Of a DNA stretch of 64,000 nt, positions 8,566-17,514 are shown piece after piece. The DNA comes from Thermoplasmata archaeon (GTDB lineage: Archaea > Thermoplasmatota > Thermoplasmata > Thermoplasmatales > Thermoplasmataceae). The notes under the pieces were generated by a model. That model worked only from the letters and a program-made list of their open reading frames with translations, ran no database searches and was not told the DNA's origin. The stretch lies in the NCBI GenBank assembly GCA_021850545.1, contig JAJZLU010000035.1, forward strand, positions 114,557 through 178,556, given 5' to 3'. Position 1 is the stretch's first letter; each line of letters begins with the position of its first letter. Made by a program: the position numbers and the translations under genes.

Positions 8566-9430
8566 TGTAAACCAGGGACCAGGGAAACTACGAGAACTCC
8601 TGAAGACAGAATTCGTGGCTGCCCCTGGAGTCTTCAACGGGATTACTGCCCTTCTTGCTGAAAGGGCAGGATTCAAGGCAACATACCTTTCAGGGTCAGG
8701 GGTGGCTGGGGCAATGGGTCTCCCGGATCTTTCTGTAACGACCTCAAGCGAAGTGGCAGAGGAGATCAGGAGAATCACTTTGGTAAGCAAACTCCCCCTT
8801 ATTGTGGATGCTGACACAGGCTTTGGAGAGCCCATAAACGTAACTAGGACAGTTAGGCTCTTTGAAAGTTCGGGAGCATCGGCGATGCACCTTGAGGATC
8901 AGGTCTTGCCAAAGAGATGCGGCCACCTTAACGGTAAGAAGATTGTTGAAAGGGAGGAAATGACCAGGAAAATAAGGGTCGCAGCGGATACTAGGAAGAA
9001 CCCGGATTTCATGATAATTGCCAGGACCGACGCACGGGCAGTAAACGGCATTGAGGATGCCATAGAAAGGGCCAATCTTTATGTGGAGTCAGGAGCGGAC
9101 ATGATTTTCACGGAGGCACCAGAATCTGAAGACGAATTCAGGAAATTCCGGAAGGGCGTAAAAGGCCCGCTTCTCGCCAACATGACAGAATTCGGCAAGG
9201 GACCACTCCTGTCTATTGAGGAACTCCTGAAGATCGGTTACAACGCTGTGATTTTCCCTTTGACCGCATTCAGGGTCTCCCTTAAGGCAATGGAGCAGAC
9301 CTATTCCCACATCATGGCTGCGGGAACCCAGAGGGACTACATAGACAATCTGATGACCAGGGCGGACTTTTATGAAGTGATAGGTTATAACCAGTATGAG
9401 ATTGAAGATGCGGAACTTTCCCGCAGATAG
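8546..9430 (+). CDS. prpB: Methylisocitrate lyase (isocitrate lyase/PEP mutase family)
   Basis: KRCGHLNGK signature and IARTDA motif. 294 aa. Overlaps the prpD end by 20 nt. Confidence 0.8.
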   Translation: MSILKDNVNQGPGKLRELLKTEFVAAPGVFNGITALLAERAGFKATYLSGSGVAGAMGLPDLSVTTSSEVAEEIRRITLVSKLPLIVDADTGFGEPINVTRTVRLFESSGASAMHLEDQVLPKRCGHLNGKKIVEREEMTRKIRVAADTRKNPDFMIIARTDARAVNGIEDAIERANLYVESGADMIFTEAPESEDEFRKFRKGVKGPLLANMTEFGKGPLLSIEELLKIGYNAVIFPLTAFRVSLKAMEQTYSHIMAAGTQRDYIDNLMTRADFYEVIGYNQYEIEDAELSRR

Positions 9431-9441
9431 GGTGAATTATA

Positions 9442-10509
9442 ATGACAGATGAAATCACGGTTCCAAAGGGACTCGTTAATGTTATTGTGGACAAGACAGC
9501 CATAGCAACCACTGACAATAGTGGTAACCTCCTTTACAGGGGCTACAGGGCAGTCGACCTTGTAGAAAAGAAGAGCTTTGAGGATGCAGCCTACCTTATT
9601 GTTTATGGGAAACTGCCTGGCCAGAGGGAGAGGGAAGAATTTATTGGAAAACTAAGAAGCAACTTTGGCGTTGATGAAAACGCCAGGGAAGTCATTTCAA
9701 TCCTGAAGGAAAAGGACCTTATGAGGTCCCTAAGAAGCATTGTCTCATTTTACCCTTATAAACACACAGAGCCTGATGACCTAATGATTGAGATGGCTGC
9801 CAAATTCCCGGAATTCATCTCACTTTCATATCGGCTTGCCCATGGGCTGGAATCACTCAAACCAATCGAGGGCACCTACGCTGAGCGCTTCTATCACCTG
9901 ATTACCGGTAAAAGTGACCCCCAGAAGGCGAAGTACCTCGGGATTCTGATGATACTTTACATGGAACATGAATTCAATGCTTCCACCTTTGCCCTCAGGG
10001 TTACCGCTTCAACACTCGCTGATCCGATTTCATCATTCACAACGGCACTTGCAACACTAAAGGGACCTTTGCACGGTGGGGCAAACGCTGAGATTCTTGA
10101 TTTCTTCAAGAATTTCAAGAGCACAGATGAAGCCGTAAAGTATGTTGATGAACAGGTGGCAAAAGGGGAGAAAGTAATGGGTTTTGGCCACAGGATATAC
10201 AAGAGGCTTGATCCTAGGGCCCAGTTCGTGAAAGCGAAACTGAAGGAGATAGCTCCAGACTCAAGAATTCTTCAAATAGCGGAAGCTGTTGAAAATAGAA
10301 TGTGGGAGAAAAAGAGTGTCCCTGCGAACCTTGATTTCTATGCTGCTATCTACATGGATATCCTTGGTATCCCACAGGACTTTTACACTCCTCTTTTTGC
10401 CGCGTCCAGAGTATTCGGATGGGTGGCACACTACAAGGAACAACTCGCAGACAACAGGATCATAAGGCCGTCTTCAAAATATGTCGGTCCTTTTGACCTG
10501 AAACTATGA
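9442..10509 (+). CDS. prpC: 2-methylcitrate synthase / citrate synthase family
   Basis: LHGGAN, GFGHRIYK and NLDFY catalytic motifs. The 2-methylcitrate assignment comes from gene context only. Confidence 0.8.
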   Translation: MTDEITVPKGLVNVIVDKTAIATTDNSGNLLYRGYRAVDLVEKKSFEDAAYLIVYGKLPGQREREEFIGKLRSNFGVDENAREVISILKEKDLMRSLRSIVSFYPYKHTEPDDLMIEMAAKFPEFISLSYRLAHGLESLKPIEGTYAERFYHLITGKSDPQKAKYLGILMILYMEHEFNASTFALRVTASTLADPISSFTTALATLKGPLHGGANAEILDFFKNFKSTDEAVKYVDEQVAKGEKVMGFGHRIYKRLDPRAQFVKAKLKEIAPDSRILQIAEAVENRMWEKKSVPANLDFYAAIYMDILGIPQDFYTPLFAASRVFGWVAHYKEQLADNRIIRPSSKYVGPFDLKL

Positions 10510-10519
10510 ATTGAGCAAG

Positions 10520-10545
10520 CGCCGCTTTTAACTTGCCAGGCGGCG
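10520..10545. terminator. GC hairpin (CGCCGC-N14-GCGGCG) with an internal TTTT run between convergent genes
   Basis: Read directly in the 36-nt gap between the prpC stop (10509) and the JAB gene stop (10546). Confidence 0.3.
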
Positions 10546-10908
10546 TCATATCACTTTCAATTCAACTGGGTTTCCATTCCGGTCGTAGGCTATGAAGTTG
10601 TTGAGCCCATAGGGATACCCCACGATTACGTGGATAGGGCCAGTATTCTGGAACATTTTGAGATCAGCATCAGATGGTATTGGGACGCCGGATGGATGGG
10701 AATGTACTGATCCGACTATGCTGAAATCAATTGGCTTGTTATACAGGTAAAAGAGGGTGTGGTGGTCTCCCTGGACAGTGCCGGGGAGAATTGCGATCTC
10801 ATAGATCACGTTTTTTTCAGCTTTCATGAATGCACCGAATTCCTTTGGATAGGAATCCAGTGAAGCCTCCATGATCATCCTGAGAGTTCGCTGCCTAATT
10901 GACCACAT
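10546..10908 (-). CDS. Stand-alone JAB/MPN (JAMM) metalloprotease domain protein
   Basis: HSHPSGVPIPSDAD matches the JAMM motif HxHx7Sx2D. 120 aa. Confidence 0.8.
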   Translation of the reverse strand: MWSIRQRTLRMIMEASLDSYPKEFGAFMKAEKNVIYEIAILPGTVQGDHHTLFYLYNKPIDFSIVGSVHSHPSGVPIPSDADLKMFQNTGPIHVIVGYPYGLNNFIAYDRNGNPVELKVI

Positions 10909-11713
10909 GCTTGATGAGTTTCTCCCTTATCTTGTCATAGAAAGAATCCCTGAATGTAATAAATTCAGCCTTGTTCTCTGATGCAGAAATCTCGATTTCA
11001 TCGTTCTCGTTAACAGGATACTCAGCCTGGCCGTCTATGATCACAAGGGATTCCTGCCCCGGGCCGCAGAGTTTTATTTTTATTGGCTGGTCGGCAGGAA
11101 TTACCATTGGCCTCACCCTGGACCTGAATGGTGCAAGGTAAGTGATGGCCATGACATTGAGGGAGGGATGGATTATGGGCCCACCTGCGCTGTAGTTGTA
11201 GGAGGTTGAGCCGATAGGCGTTGACACTATAATTCCATCTGCACTTCCGCTGTCGAGGAAGTTGCCACCGGCATAAATCTTGAACTTCCGGATCTTGGCG
11301 ATCTTGCTAGTGTGTATTACTGCCTCATTGGTTGAATCAAGGACCTCCAGCCCATTTATCTTGACCTTGAGCTTCATATTCTTCTCTATCTTGTAATCGC
11401 CTCGTATGAGCTTGTAGATTGATTTCTCAACATCGCCGATTTCAACTTCCGTGAGGAACCCAAGCCCGCCCATGTTGATGCCCAAGACTGGCCCCTTTGC
11501 CATCTGGGTTGCCCTCAAGGCAGTGCCATCCCCTCCGACAGCAATGATTATGTCTGCCTTAATTGCCTCCAGATCAGTGCCCCGGATTTCCAGGAACTTG
11601 GCACACTCCTTGTCATATATGGTCTGCCAGTCCTTTGGTATTAATTCCACGATTCTGCTGACAACCCTGGCACACCGTTCACAGTTTCTTCTGATCGTAA
11701 ATGCAATCCTCAT
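10895..11713 (-). CDS. nadK: NAD kinase
   Basis: GGDGTALRA motif and PpnK-type C-terminal domain. 272 aa. Confidence 0.85.
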   Translation of the reverse strand: MRIAFTIRRNCERCARVVSRIVELIPKDWQTIYDKECAKFLEIRGTDLEAIKADIIIAVGGDGTALRATQMAKGPVLGINMGGLGFLTEVEIGDVEKSIYKLIRGDYKIEKNMKLKVKINGLEVLDSTNEAVIHTSKIAKIRKFKIYAGGNFLDSGSADGIIVSTPIGSTSYNYSAGGPIIHPSLNVMAITYLAPFRSRVRPMVIPADQPIKIKLCGPGQESLVIIDGQAEYPVNENDEIEISASENKAEFITFRDSFYDKIREKLIKHVVN

Positions 11714-12480
11714 ATGATTTCACCCAGCATTTCCCTGTTTCTTGCTGCAATAATGTTTGCCCTCACAGTAACATCAAGGCCCATGTTGAATTCCGATCCA
11801 CTCTGGTCCACTACAACCCCTCCTGCTTCCCTCACAAGGATGACTCCCGCTGCCACATCAATATTCCTTATGTAAGAGCCCCTGCCGACATATGCCATCA
11901 TGTCCACTGAGCCCCTTGCAACAAGTGCCATTTCAAGGGACGCACATCCCAGGGATCGGTGCCGCCCCGGGAGATCGATGAGCTTTCGCCTCATTTCATC
12001 ACTGCATGCTCCGACGCTTATTGTGTATCCATGTATGGGGACTGGCGACACCCGGATGCTGTTTCCATTGTGTGTGCTTCCCTTGCCCCTTTCTGCATAG
12101 AAAACATCTCCCCTTGCAAGGTCCTTGATGTAACCTCTCGTGAGGCTCTTAAAATCATCGTTGAGAGTTGCTATAGAAACTGAATAGAATGGAATCTTGT
12201 TCTCTGCATTGAATGTCCCGTCCAGAGGATCGGTCAGGATAGTTTCGCTGTACTTTCTGTCAAGGAAACCAAGCTCCTCGCTCATTATATTGAATGGAAG
12301 ATCATTTTCCTCAACGTACCTGACTATGATATCTTCACAGGCCTTGTCCAATGCATGGGTTGCGGTGCCATCTGCACCAATGCCGACCACATTCTTGTTC
12401 CTGTATTCGCCATTAGAGTCGTGCATTGACTCGAATACCTGGTCACCTATATTGGAAAAATCCCTGTAGAAATCTTCCAT
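11710..12480 (-). CDS. suhB: Inositol monophosphatase/FBPase family phosphatase (possible NADP phosphatase)
   Basis: DPLDGT and DVAAG motifs. 4-nt overlap with the nadK start. Confidence 0.8.
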   Translation of the reverse strand: MEDFYRDFSNIGDQVFESMHDSNGEYRNKNVVGIGADGTATHALDKACEDIIVRYVEENDLPFNIMSEELGFLDRKYSETILTDPLDGTFNAENKIPFYSVSIATLNDDFKSLTRGYIKDLARGDVFYAERGKGSTHNGNSIRVSPVPIHGYTISVGACSDEMRRKLIDLPGRHRSLGCASLEMALVARGSVDMMAYVGRGSYIRNIDVAAGVILVREAGGVVVDQSGSEFNMGLDVTVRANIIAARNREMLGEII

Positions 12481-12523
12481 GCTGTTATGAATAATGTCAA
12501 GGAATAAAAAAAGATGTTTTGGG

Positions 12524-13345
12524 TTAATCAGGTGTTGTAAGGCTTTCCAAAAGTGTGTTGAGCCTCTGTGGAAGTCTCTTCAGGGCATATCCGAGTACAT
12601 CAATGGCCTTGTAGGAACCATCCGTCTCAAACTGGAACACGAACTGTGTGTCATCTTCCACCAGCTTCACCGAAGAATAATCAAGAAGTTGTCTTACAGC
12701 CTTGCATAAGTTGTCATCTGTGAACCTTATTGTTTTTGAATCTTCTGATAGAACGCTTTGAGGGCACTTTTCCTTTATGGATGCCCATGCCTCAAAATCT
12801 GATTTTGTCACGACAAATTCCCTGTGGTACTTATAGAACACCCCAGATGTGGCCTGCCATTTTGTGTGGGTCTTTCCTCTTCCCATTATGGCCTCTCCAG
12901 TTACAAGGATAGCCTGTTTTGGCCCAAGCTTCACTATTGGGATGTCAGGATCGCTTGGCACTAGTTCCGGGTTTCCCATTGGCTGGAGGTCGGCAGATGT
13001 GACCACGGCCGGCCCAATCTTGTTGATTGAATAGGACATTGTGCATAGAGGACAACCTTTTCCCTCACAGACACACTCATCCCTGAAGTTCATTTTGGGG
13101 TCAGTGACCAGTGGCACAAGGGAAAGCCTGTGTGCAACAATTTCGTCAAATAGTGGCAGGGAGGAGTCGTATACATTTCCTTCCCTATCCCTGATCTGTC
13201 CGTGGTGGAAAATAACTCTGTCAATTGCAAGTTTGGGAATGTCATCAAGAAGGGTTCTTCTCAGGGCATTAGCTATAGTTGGGGTGATTCCGTCAATTGT
13301 AAACCTTATGAATCTGTCTTCTGCCTTAAGAATTTTCAGGGACAT
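12524..13345 (-). CDS. rpoD: DNA-directed RNA polymerase subunit D (Rpo3)
   Basis: Sequence typical of RpoD (ANALRRTLL, Cys cluster [11 protein letters not shown]). ATG at 13345 avoids a 26-nt overlap with S11; the track start is 13375. Confidence 0.9.
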   Translation of the reverse strand: MSLKILKAEDRFIRFTIDGITPTIANALRRTLLDDIPKLAIDRVIFHHGQIRDREGNVYDSSLPLFDEIVAHRLSLVPLVTDPKMNFRDECVCEGKGCPLCTMSYSINKIGPAVVTSADLQPMGNPELVPSDPDIPIVKLGPKQAILVTGEAIMGRGKTHTKWQATSGVFYKYHREFVVTKSDFEAWASIKEKCPQSVLSEDSKTIRFTDDNLCKAVRQLLDYSSVKLVEDDTQFVFQFETDGSYKAIDVLGYALKRLPQRLNTLLESLTTPD

Positions 13346-13349
13346 TGGA

Positions 13350-13733
13350 TTATACTCTCCTTCCCCTCTTTCCACCCTTCTTCTTGGTTCCGTCGTGTGG
13401 GATTGGGGTTACTTCCTCGATCCTGAGGATCTTGAAGCCTGCTCTTGAAAGTGCCCTGATTGCTGACTGTGCACCAGGTCCCGGGATCTTTGATTTGCTT
13501 CCCCCTGGGGCCCTGACCTTGATTATCAGGTCTGAAATTTCCTTCTCCCTGAGCTTTTCAGCAATAAGGTCTGCGGCTTTCATTGCAGCATATGGGCTGG
13601 ATTCTTCCCTGTCATTTCTTACAACCATTCCGCCAGTCGCTTTTGCTATTGTTTCTGCACCGGTAGTGTCAGTAACCAGGATGATTGTGTTATTCTGTGA
13701 AGCATAGATATGTGCTATGCCAGTCTTGTTCAT
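13350..13733 (-). CDS. rps11: 30S ribosomal protein S11 (uS11)
   Basis: [14 protein letters not shown]...[12 protein letters not shown]. Conserved S13-S4-S11-rpoD order. Confidence 0.95.
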   Translation of the reverse strand: MNKTGIAHIYASQNNTIILVTDTTGAETIAKATGGMVVRNDREESSPYAAMKAADLIAEKLREKEISDLIIKVRAPGGSKSKIPGPGAQSAIRALSRAGFKILRIEEVTPIPHDGTKKKGGKRGRRV

Positions 13734-14446
13734 CGTTTCACGTCTCCTCTTCTTGGGGCTCCTCTTCTTGGCCTTCTGTCATCTCTTGGCCCTCCCTGTG
13801 TCCTTGGCCTCCTATACCCGGATGTCTGTCCGGGAGTTCCCTGTGCACCGGCCACAGCTGCTTGCCCCTCAGCAGGTTCCTTCTCTTCCTGTTCTCCCTC
13901 TTCCTGGCCAATGGGGCCGCTTATGATGACCTGCCTCATTGGATGGAGATCATCAGTGAATGGTGACTTTTCGTGGTATAAAATGGAATCCTCAAGCTCA
14001 CCCTCTACAAGCATTCCTGGAACTGTAACTCTCCTTCCGTTGAGTGTCACGTGTCCATGGGTTATCATTTGCCTTGCCTGTTTTGGTGTCCTTGCGAGAT
14101 TCTTCTTGAAAACTATAGTCTGGAGCCTTCTAGAAAGAATATCATCTATAGACAGTGAAAGAACATCATCAAGGGTCGCAGCGTGGCTCAAGATATTGTA
14201 TCTGACAAGCCTGTGTATGAGTGCCTGGAACTGTTTCTCTGCGTTTGAGTCGCTCACCCTCATTCTTGCCTGAAGGTCCCTAGCCTGGCTTCTGAATGAC
14301 TTGAGCAGTTCCATGCCTTTCCAGAGCTCTCTCTTGTTCTTCAACCCAAACTTGTTGACAATTTCCTTTTCAGCCTCAATTCTTTCTTTTTCCCAAGGGT
14401 GCCTCGGCGTAGAATATGTCTTCTTCGGAAATTTAGGATCTCCCAT
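13730..14446 (-). CDS. rps4: 30S ribosomal protein S4 (uS4) with a ~60-aa low-complexity C-terminal extension
   Basis: [24 protein letters not shown]-terminus and an S4 RNA-binding domain, then a tail of an acidic E/Q-rich segment followed by an R/P/G-rich segment. Confidence 0.9.
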   Translation of the reverse strand: MGDPKFPKKTYSTPRHPWEKERIEAEKEIVNKFGLKNKRELWKGMELLKSFRSQARDLQARMRVSDSNAEKQFQALIHRLVRYNILSHAATLDDVLSLSIDDILSRRLQTIVFKKNLARTPKQARQMITHGHVTLNGRRVTVPGMLVEGELEDSILYHEKSPFTDDLHPMRQVIISGPIGQEEGEQEEKEPAEGQAAVAGAQGTPGQTSGYRRPRTQGGPRDDRRPRRGAPRRGDVKR

Positions 14447-14454
14447 GAATCAGC

Positions 14455-14925
14455 TCACTCCTTCTTCCTCTGGACACCCATGGTAAGGCCGTGCCTTCCA
14501 TTGGACCTAGTCCTCTGGCCCCTGACTTTCTTGCCCTTCTCATGCCTTACACCCCTGTAAGACTTAACTTTCTTCATGGCGTTTATATCGTCATTGATCT
14601 GAATGTCAAGATCGTTGGAAACCAGGTTCAGGTCATCGCCAGAGACCATTTCGCCCCTGTGGTTAAATGCCCAGCCTGGAATCCCCTCATACTGCTTTGT
14701 TTCGATATATTCCCTTAGCCCATCCAGTTCCTTTTCGCTAAGCTCCCCAATTTTCTTATGTGCTGGGAGACCCAGCTGCTTAATGATCATGTGAGACAGC
14801 CGAATTCCAATGCCCTTTAAATCGGCAAGCGCGAGCTGAACGGTGCGCTCTCCATCGAGGTCCCTGCTGGCGACCCTTACGATGTATTGGAAATCTTCTC
14901 TCTTCTCTCTTTTTGTTTCAGCCAT
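14455..14925 (-). CDS. rps13: 30S ribosomal protein S13 (uS13)
   Basis: IVRVASRDLDG...LKGIGIRLS...YRGVRH motifs. Confidence 0.95.
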   Translation of the reverse strand: MAETKREKREDFQYIVRVASRDLDGERTVQLALADLKGIGIRLSHMIIKQLGLPAHKKIGELSEKELDGLREYIETKQYEGIPGWAFNHRGEMVSGDDLNLVSNDLDIQINDDINAMKKVKSYRGVRHEKGKKVRGQRTRSNGRHGLTMGVQRKKE

Positions 14926-15023
14926 TGAACCATCCTTCGTTTTTGTTTAGCTTACCCTTATTGTAACATATATTAAGATACTTTCGTGAAGCCCTACATC
15001 ATTTCTGATAGAGAATTAAACTT

Positions 15024-15047
15024 GATTGGGGACCTCTTTCCCCAATC
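15024..15047 (-). terminator. Perfect 9-bp hairpin GATTGGGGA-N6-TCCCCAATC
   Basis: Read directly. Begins 3 nt downstream of the stop codon of the DUF357-like gene. Confidence 0.4.
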
Positions 15048-15049
15048 TA

Positions 15050-15334
15050 TCATTTGTAATGTGTAAAGAGCCTGTGGTCCTCACCGCCATCTAAGGCACC
15101 AAGCCTTACAAGGCAATCAATCCAACCATATGAATAGTTCAGAGCTGCGAATGCATTTATCATGTCTCCTTTTTCCTGAAAATGTTTTGCATCACTGAAG
15201 TAGCTCTTGATCATTTCCATCGCATTCAGGGCGAATTCCCCGAGAAATGAGTTTTCAGGAGAAGACACTTTTAGTTTTGAAAGTGCTTCGCCTTCTATTC
15301 TGATATATTTTTCCACTTTGTTCTTCAATTCCAC
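15050..15334 (-). CDS. DUF357-like small protein
   Basis: 94 aa. GDMINAFAALNYSYGWIDCLVRLG resembles the conserved core of the archaeal DUF357 family as I recall it. Confidence 0.5.
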   Translation of the reverse strand: MELKNKVEKYIRIEGEALSKLKVSSPENSFLGEFALNAMEMIKSYFSDAKHFQEKGDMINAFAALNYSYGWIDCLVRLGALDGGEDHRLFTHYK

Positions 15335-15441
15335 GGCACATTAAGCCCTGATAGCTTATTAGAGATTCTTTCCATTACTGCTTTCAGTTTACTGTAAAGT
15401 GCATTTTAGCTCATTTTTAAGTATTTCATGGTTATCTACGG

Positions 15442-16290
15442 ATGCGCCAGATGATTGAAGTAAAGGACTTAGTAAAGAAATATTCAGACGGCATAACCGC
15501 CCTCAAAGGAGTATCTTTCAACGCCAGCAAGAGGGTGACTTCTATAATAGGCAGGAACGGGGCAGGGAAGACCACTCTGCTCAGAATTCTTTCCACCCAG
15601 CTTATGCCAACATCAGGTTCAGTCTCAATCAATGGTGTGGACATAATCCGCAACCCTGACGATATAAGGAACAAGATAGTGAGTATTCCCCAGGAAGCTT
15701 CGCCAATAGGCGTTCTCACAGCTTTTGAACAGGTGAAGATGTACCTTGTGGGAAGGCGCTTCTCCTTCATGGATGCAACTAGAGAGGCCAACAGGTCCTT
15801 GAATGAAATAGGGCTTGAAGGCTTCAAGCATGTCCCTACCGACACCCTCTCCGGCGGGATGAAGAGAAAGGTATTTGTTGCGATGGCGCTGGCATCCAAT
15901 GCAGAAATAGTATTCCTGGATGAGCCAACAACTGGGCTGGACCCACTTTCCCGAATGGAGGTATGGTCAGCAATAAGGCAGATCGATTCCCATATCATTC
16001 TTACCACGCATTATATGGAGGAAGCACAGGAGCTCTCTGATGAAGTCTTTCTTGTTGAAACCGGCAAGATAATTGAACAGGGAACTGTTGCGAGCCTCCT
16101 TAACAGGTTTGATGGGATGCTAAGGGCAGAGACTTCTTCCCCCTGTGATGGTTGTGCCAGGGTTTCCAACACATATATAAAATACATACAGAAGGACAGA
16201 GCCCAGGAATATTTGGAAAAAGGCTTTACTGTCAAGTCTGTGAACCTGGATGACCTGTTTATCAGCAAGGGGGTCAACCTTGAATCTTAA
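15442..16290 (+). CDS. ABC transporter ATP-binding protein
   Basis: Walker A GRNGAGKTT, signature LSGGMKRK, Walker B IVFLDEPT. Confidence 0.9.
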   Translation: MRQMIEVKDLVKKYSDGITALKGVSFNASKRVTSIIGRNGAGKTTLLRILSTQLMPTSGSVSINGVDIIRNPDDIRNKIVSIPQEASPIGVLTAFEQVKMYLVGRRFSFMDATREANRSLNEIGLEGFKHVPTDTLSGGMKRKVFVAMALASNAEIVFLDEPTTGLDPLSRMEVWSAIRQIDSHIILTTHYMEEAQELSDEVFLVETGKIIEQGTVASLLNRFDGMLRAETSSPCDGCARVSNTYIKYIQKDRAQEYLEKGFTVKSVNLDDLFISKGVNLES

Positions 16291-17002
16291 GTTCACCTTC
16301 CTGCTCGCCTGGTATTATGGCATAAGGACCATCGCCAGGGGGCCTTCGTATATCATCGCAGCACTGAGCACACCGCTGGCCCTCCTTTTCCTGGTCTACG
16401 TGCTCTCTAACGGAGCGCTGGTAAAGTACGCACTTGTGGGAGGATTTATTGCCATCGTGGCATCCGTTGCCCTCCAGAGTTCCGGCGATGCTGCTTTTTT
16501 CAGGCTGCAACTTCGCATCCAGGATCTGTATGTCGCAAGCTCAGTGTCCCCATCTGATTACATGATTGGCCTAACGCTGAGCTACCTGATGTTCTCATTG
16601 CCGGGCATTATGCTTTATGGTATACTTGGGGTGATATACCACCTGTTTTCACCATTTGCGGTGGCTATGCTGATATTAGTTCTTGCCCTCCTTGTGCTTG
16701 CCACTTCTTCAATTTCCTTCATCATTTCAAGCAGCATAAAGCACATCAGGAATATTTGGGGAATAGCCGGGATCCTGTCAGTTCTGATGACTATACTTCC
16801 ACCAACATACTACCCATACGAGTCCATAAAGAGGGTGTTCCTCTACCTGCTTTCAATAACACCTGTAACTCCAGCTGCAGTTGTTGCTCAATATTCTTTC
16901 GGGCTATCTCCAGCATTGCCCCTGGAACTTTACTTATTGATAGGAGAAACTGTCATTTTCTTCGCCATGGCAAGGTTCCTGACCAGATGGAGAGAGAAGT
17001 AG
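16250..17002 (+). CDS. ABC-2 type transporter permease
   Basis: Multi-TM hydrophobic protein directly after the ATPase. Start uncertain: ATG 16250 gives a 41-nt overlap; an in-frame TTG at 16280 is an alternative. Confidence 0.75.
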   Translation: MTCLSARGSTLNLKFTFLLAWYYGIRTIARGPSYIIAALSTPLALLFLVYVLSNGALVKYALVGGFIAIVASVALQSSGDAAFFRLQLRIQDLYVASSVSPSDYMIGLTLSYLMFSLPGIMLYGILGVIYHLFSPFAVAMLILVLALLVLATSSISFIISSSIKHIRNIWGIAGILSVLMTILPPTYYPYESIKRVFLYLLSITPVTPAAVVAQYSFGLSPALPLELYLLIGETVIFFAMARFLTRWREK

Positions 17003-17047
17003 ACCTTCTAAATGACCGTAATTTCAACAAAATAAAGCGCGAAATCC

Positions 17048-17088
17048 CATTCCGAAAGGGAATGTGAGGAGTCACAGAAAATGACTCC
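17048..17088. terminator. Two adjacent hairpins in a convergent intergenic region
   Basis: CATTCC-GAAAG-GGAATG (17048-17064) and GGAGTCA-N7-TGACTCC (17068-17088), read directly between the permease stop and the stop of the 104-aa gene. Confidence 0.35.
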
Positions 17089-17403
17089 CTATCTTACTTT
17101 GCTGTAATCTGCTATAAGGTTGTATAGTTTCTTTTGCGTTGAATCGTCGATAATTCCTTCCTCAAATATCTTTGAAATGTATTCCCTTGCTTCCTTTGTG
17201 CCCTGTTTGGAGGCAATTGAGTAAAGCCCGCCTTTGATGGCCCCCCTTACGCTGTCAGGAAGCTCTTCAACTATCTTGTTGAGCATGAAGTTGAATTCCT
17301 CCGTCTTTCTCATATCCAGTCTTCTGGATCTCTTGTTTTCCGTGTTATTCTTCTGGTTATTGACCTTAAAGTAATTACCAGGTCTTCTGTTGAATCGTCT
17401 CAT
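17089..17403 (-). CDS. Hypothetical small protein with a basic N-terminus
   Basis: 104-aa ORF. An R/K/N-rich N-terminal 30 aa is followed by a helical-looking domain. A TATA-like TTTTTATAA (plus 17428-17436) lies about 29 nt upstream of the ATG. Confidence 0.5.
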   Translation of the reverse strand: MRRFNRRPGNYFKVNNQKNNTENKRSRRLDMRKTEEFNFMLNKIVEELPDSVRGAIKGGLYSIASKQGTKEAREYISKIFEEGIIDDSTQKKLYNLIADYSKVR

Positions 17404-17514
17404 GGCTATCTATAGGAGTCAGCGAACTTATAAAAATGTTATTAATAAGGGCTTCCGAAAAACGAATTTTTTCAGGCTCTGTGACGCTTGGCCATACCTC
17501 TCCTCACAGAGGCG

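Noticed and set aside
8233-8835. 200-aa ORF antisense to the prpD/prpB junction.
   Set aside because: It is a shadow ORF. Both sense genes have strong family motifs.
13710-14273. 187-aa plus-strand ORF, with shorter ones at 13685 and 13717, opposite rps4.
   Set aside because: These are produced by the GC-rich low-complexity tail of rps4. They are P/S/L/C-rich and have no motifs.
15432-16007. 191-aa ORF antisense to the ABC ATPase.
   Set aside because: It is a shadow ORF. The sense strand has Walker A/B and signature motifs.
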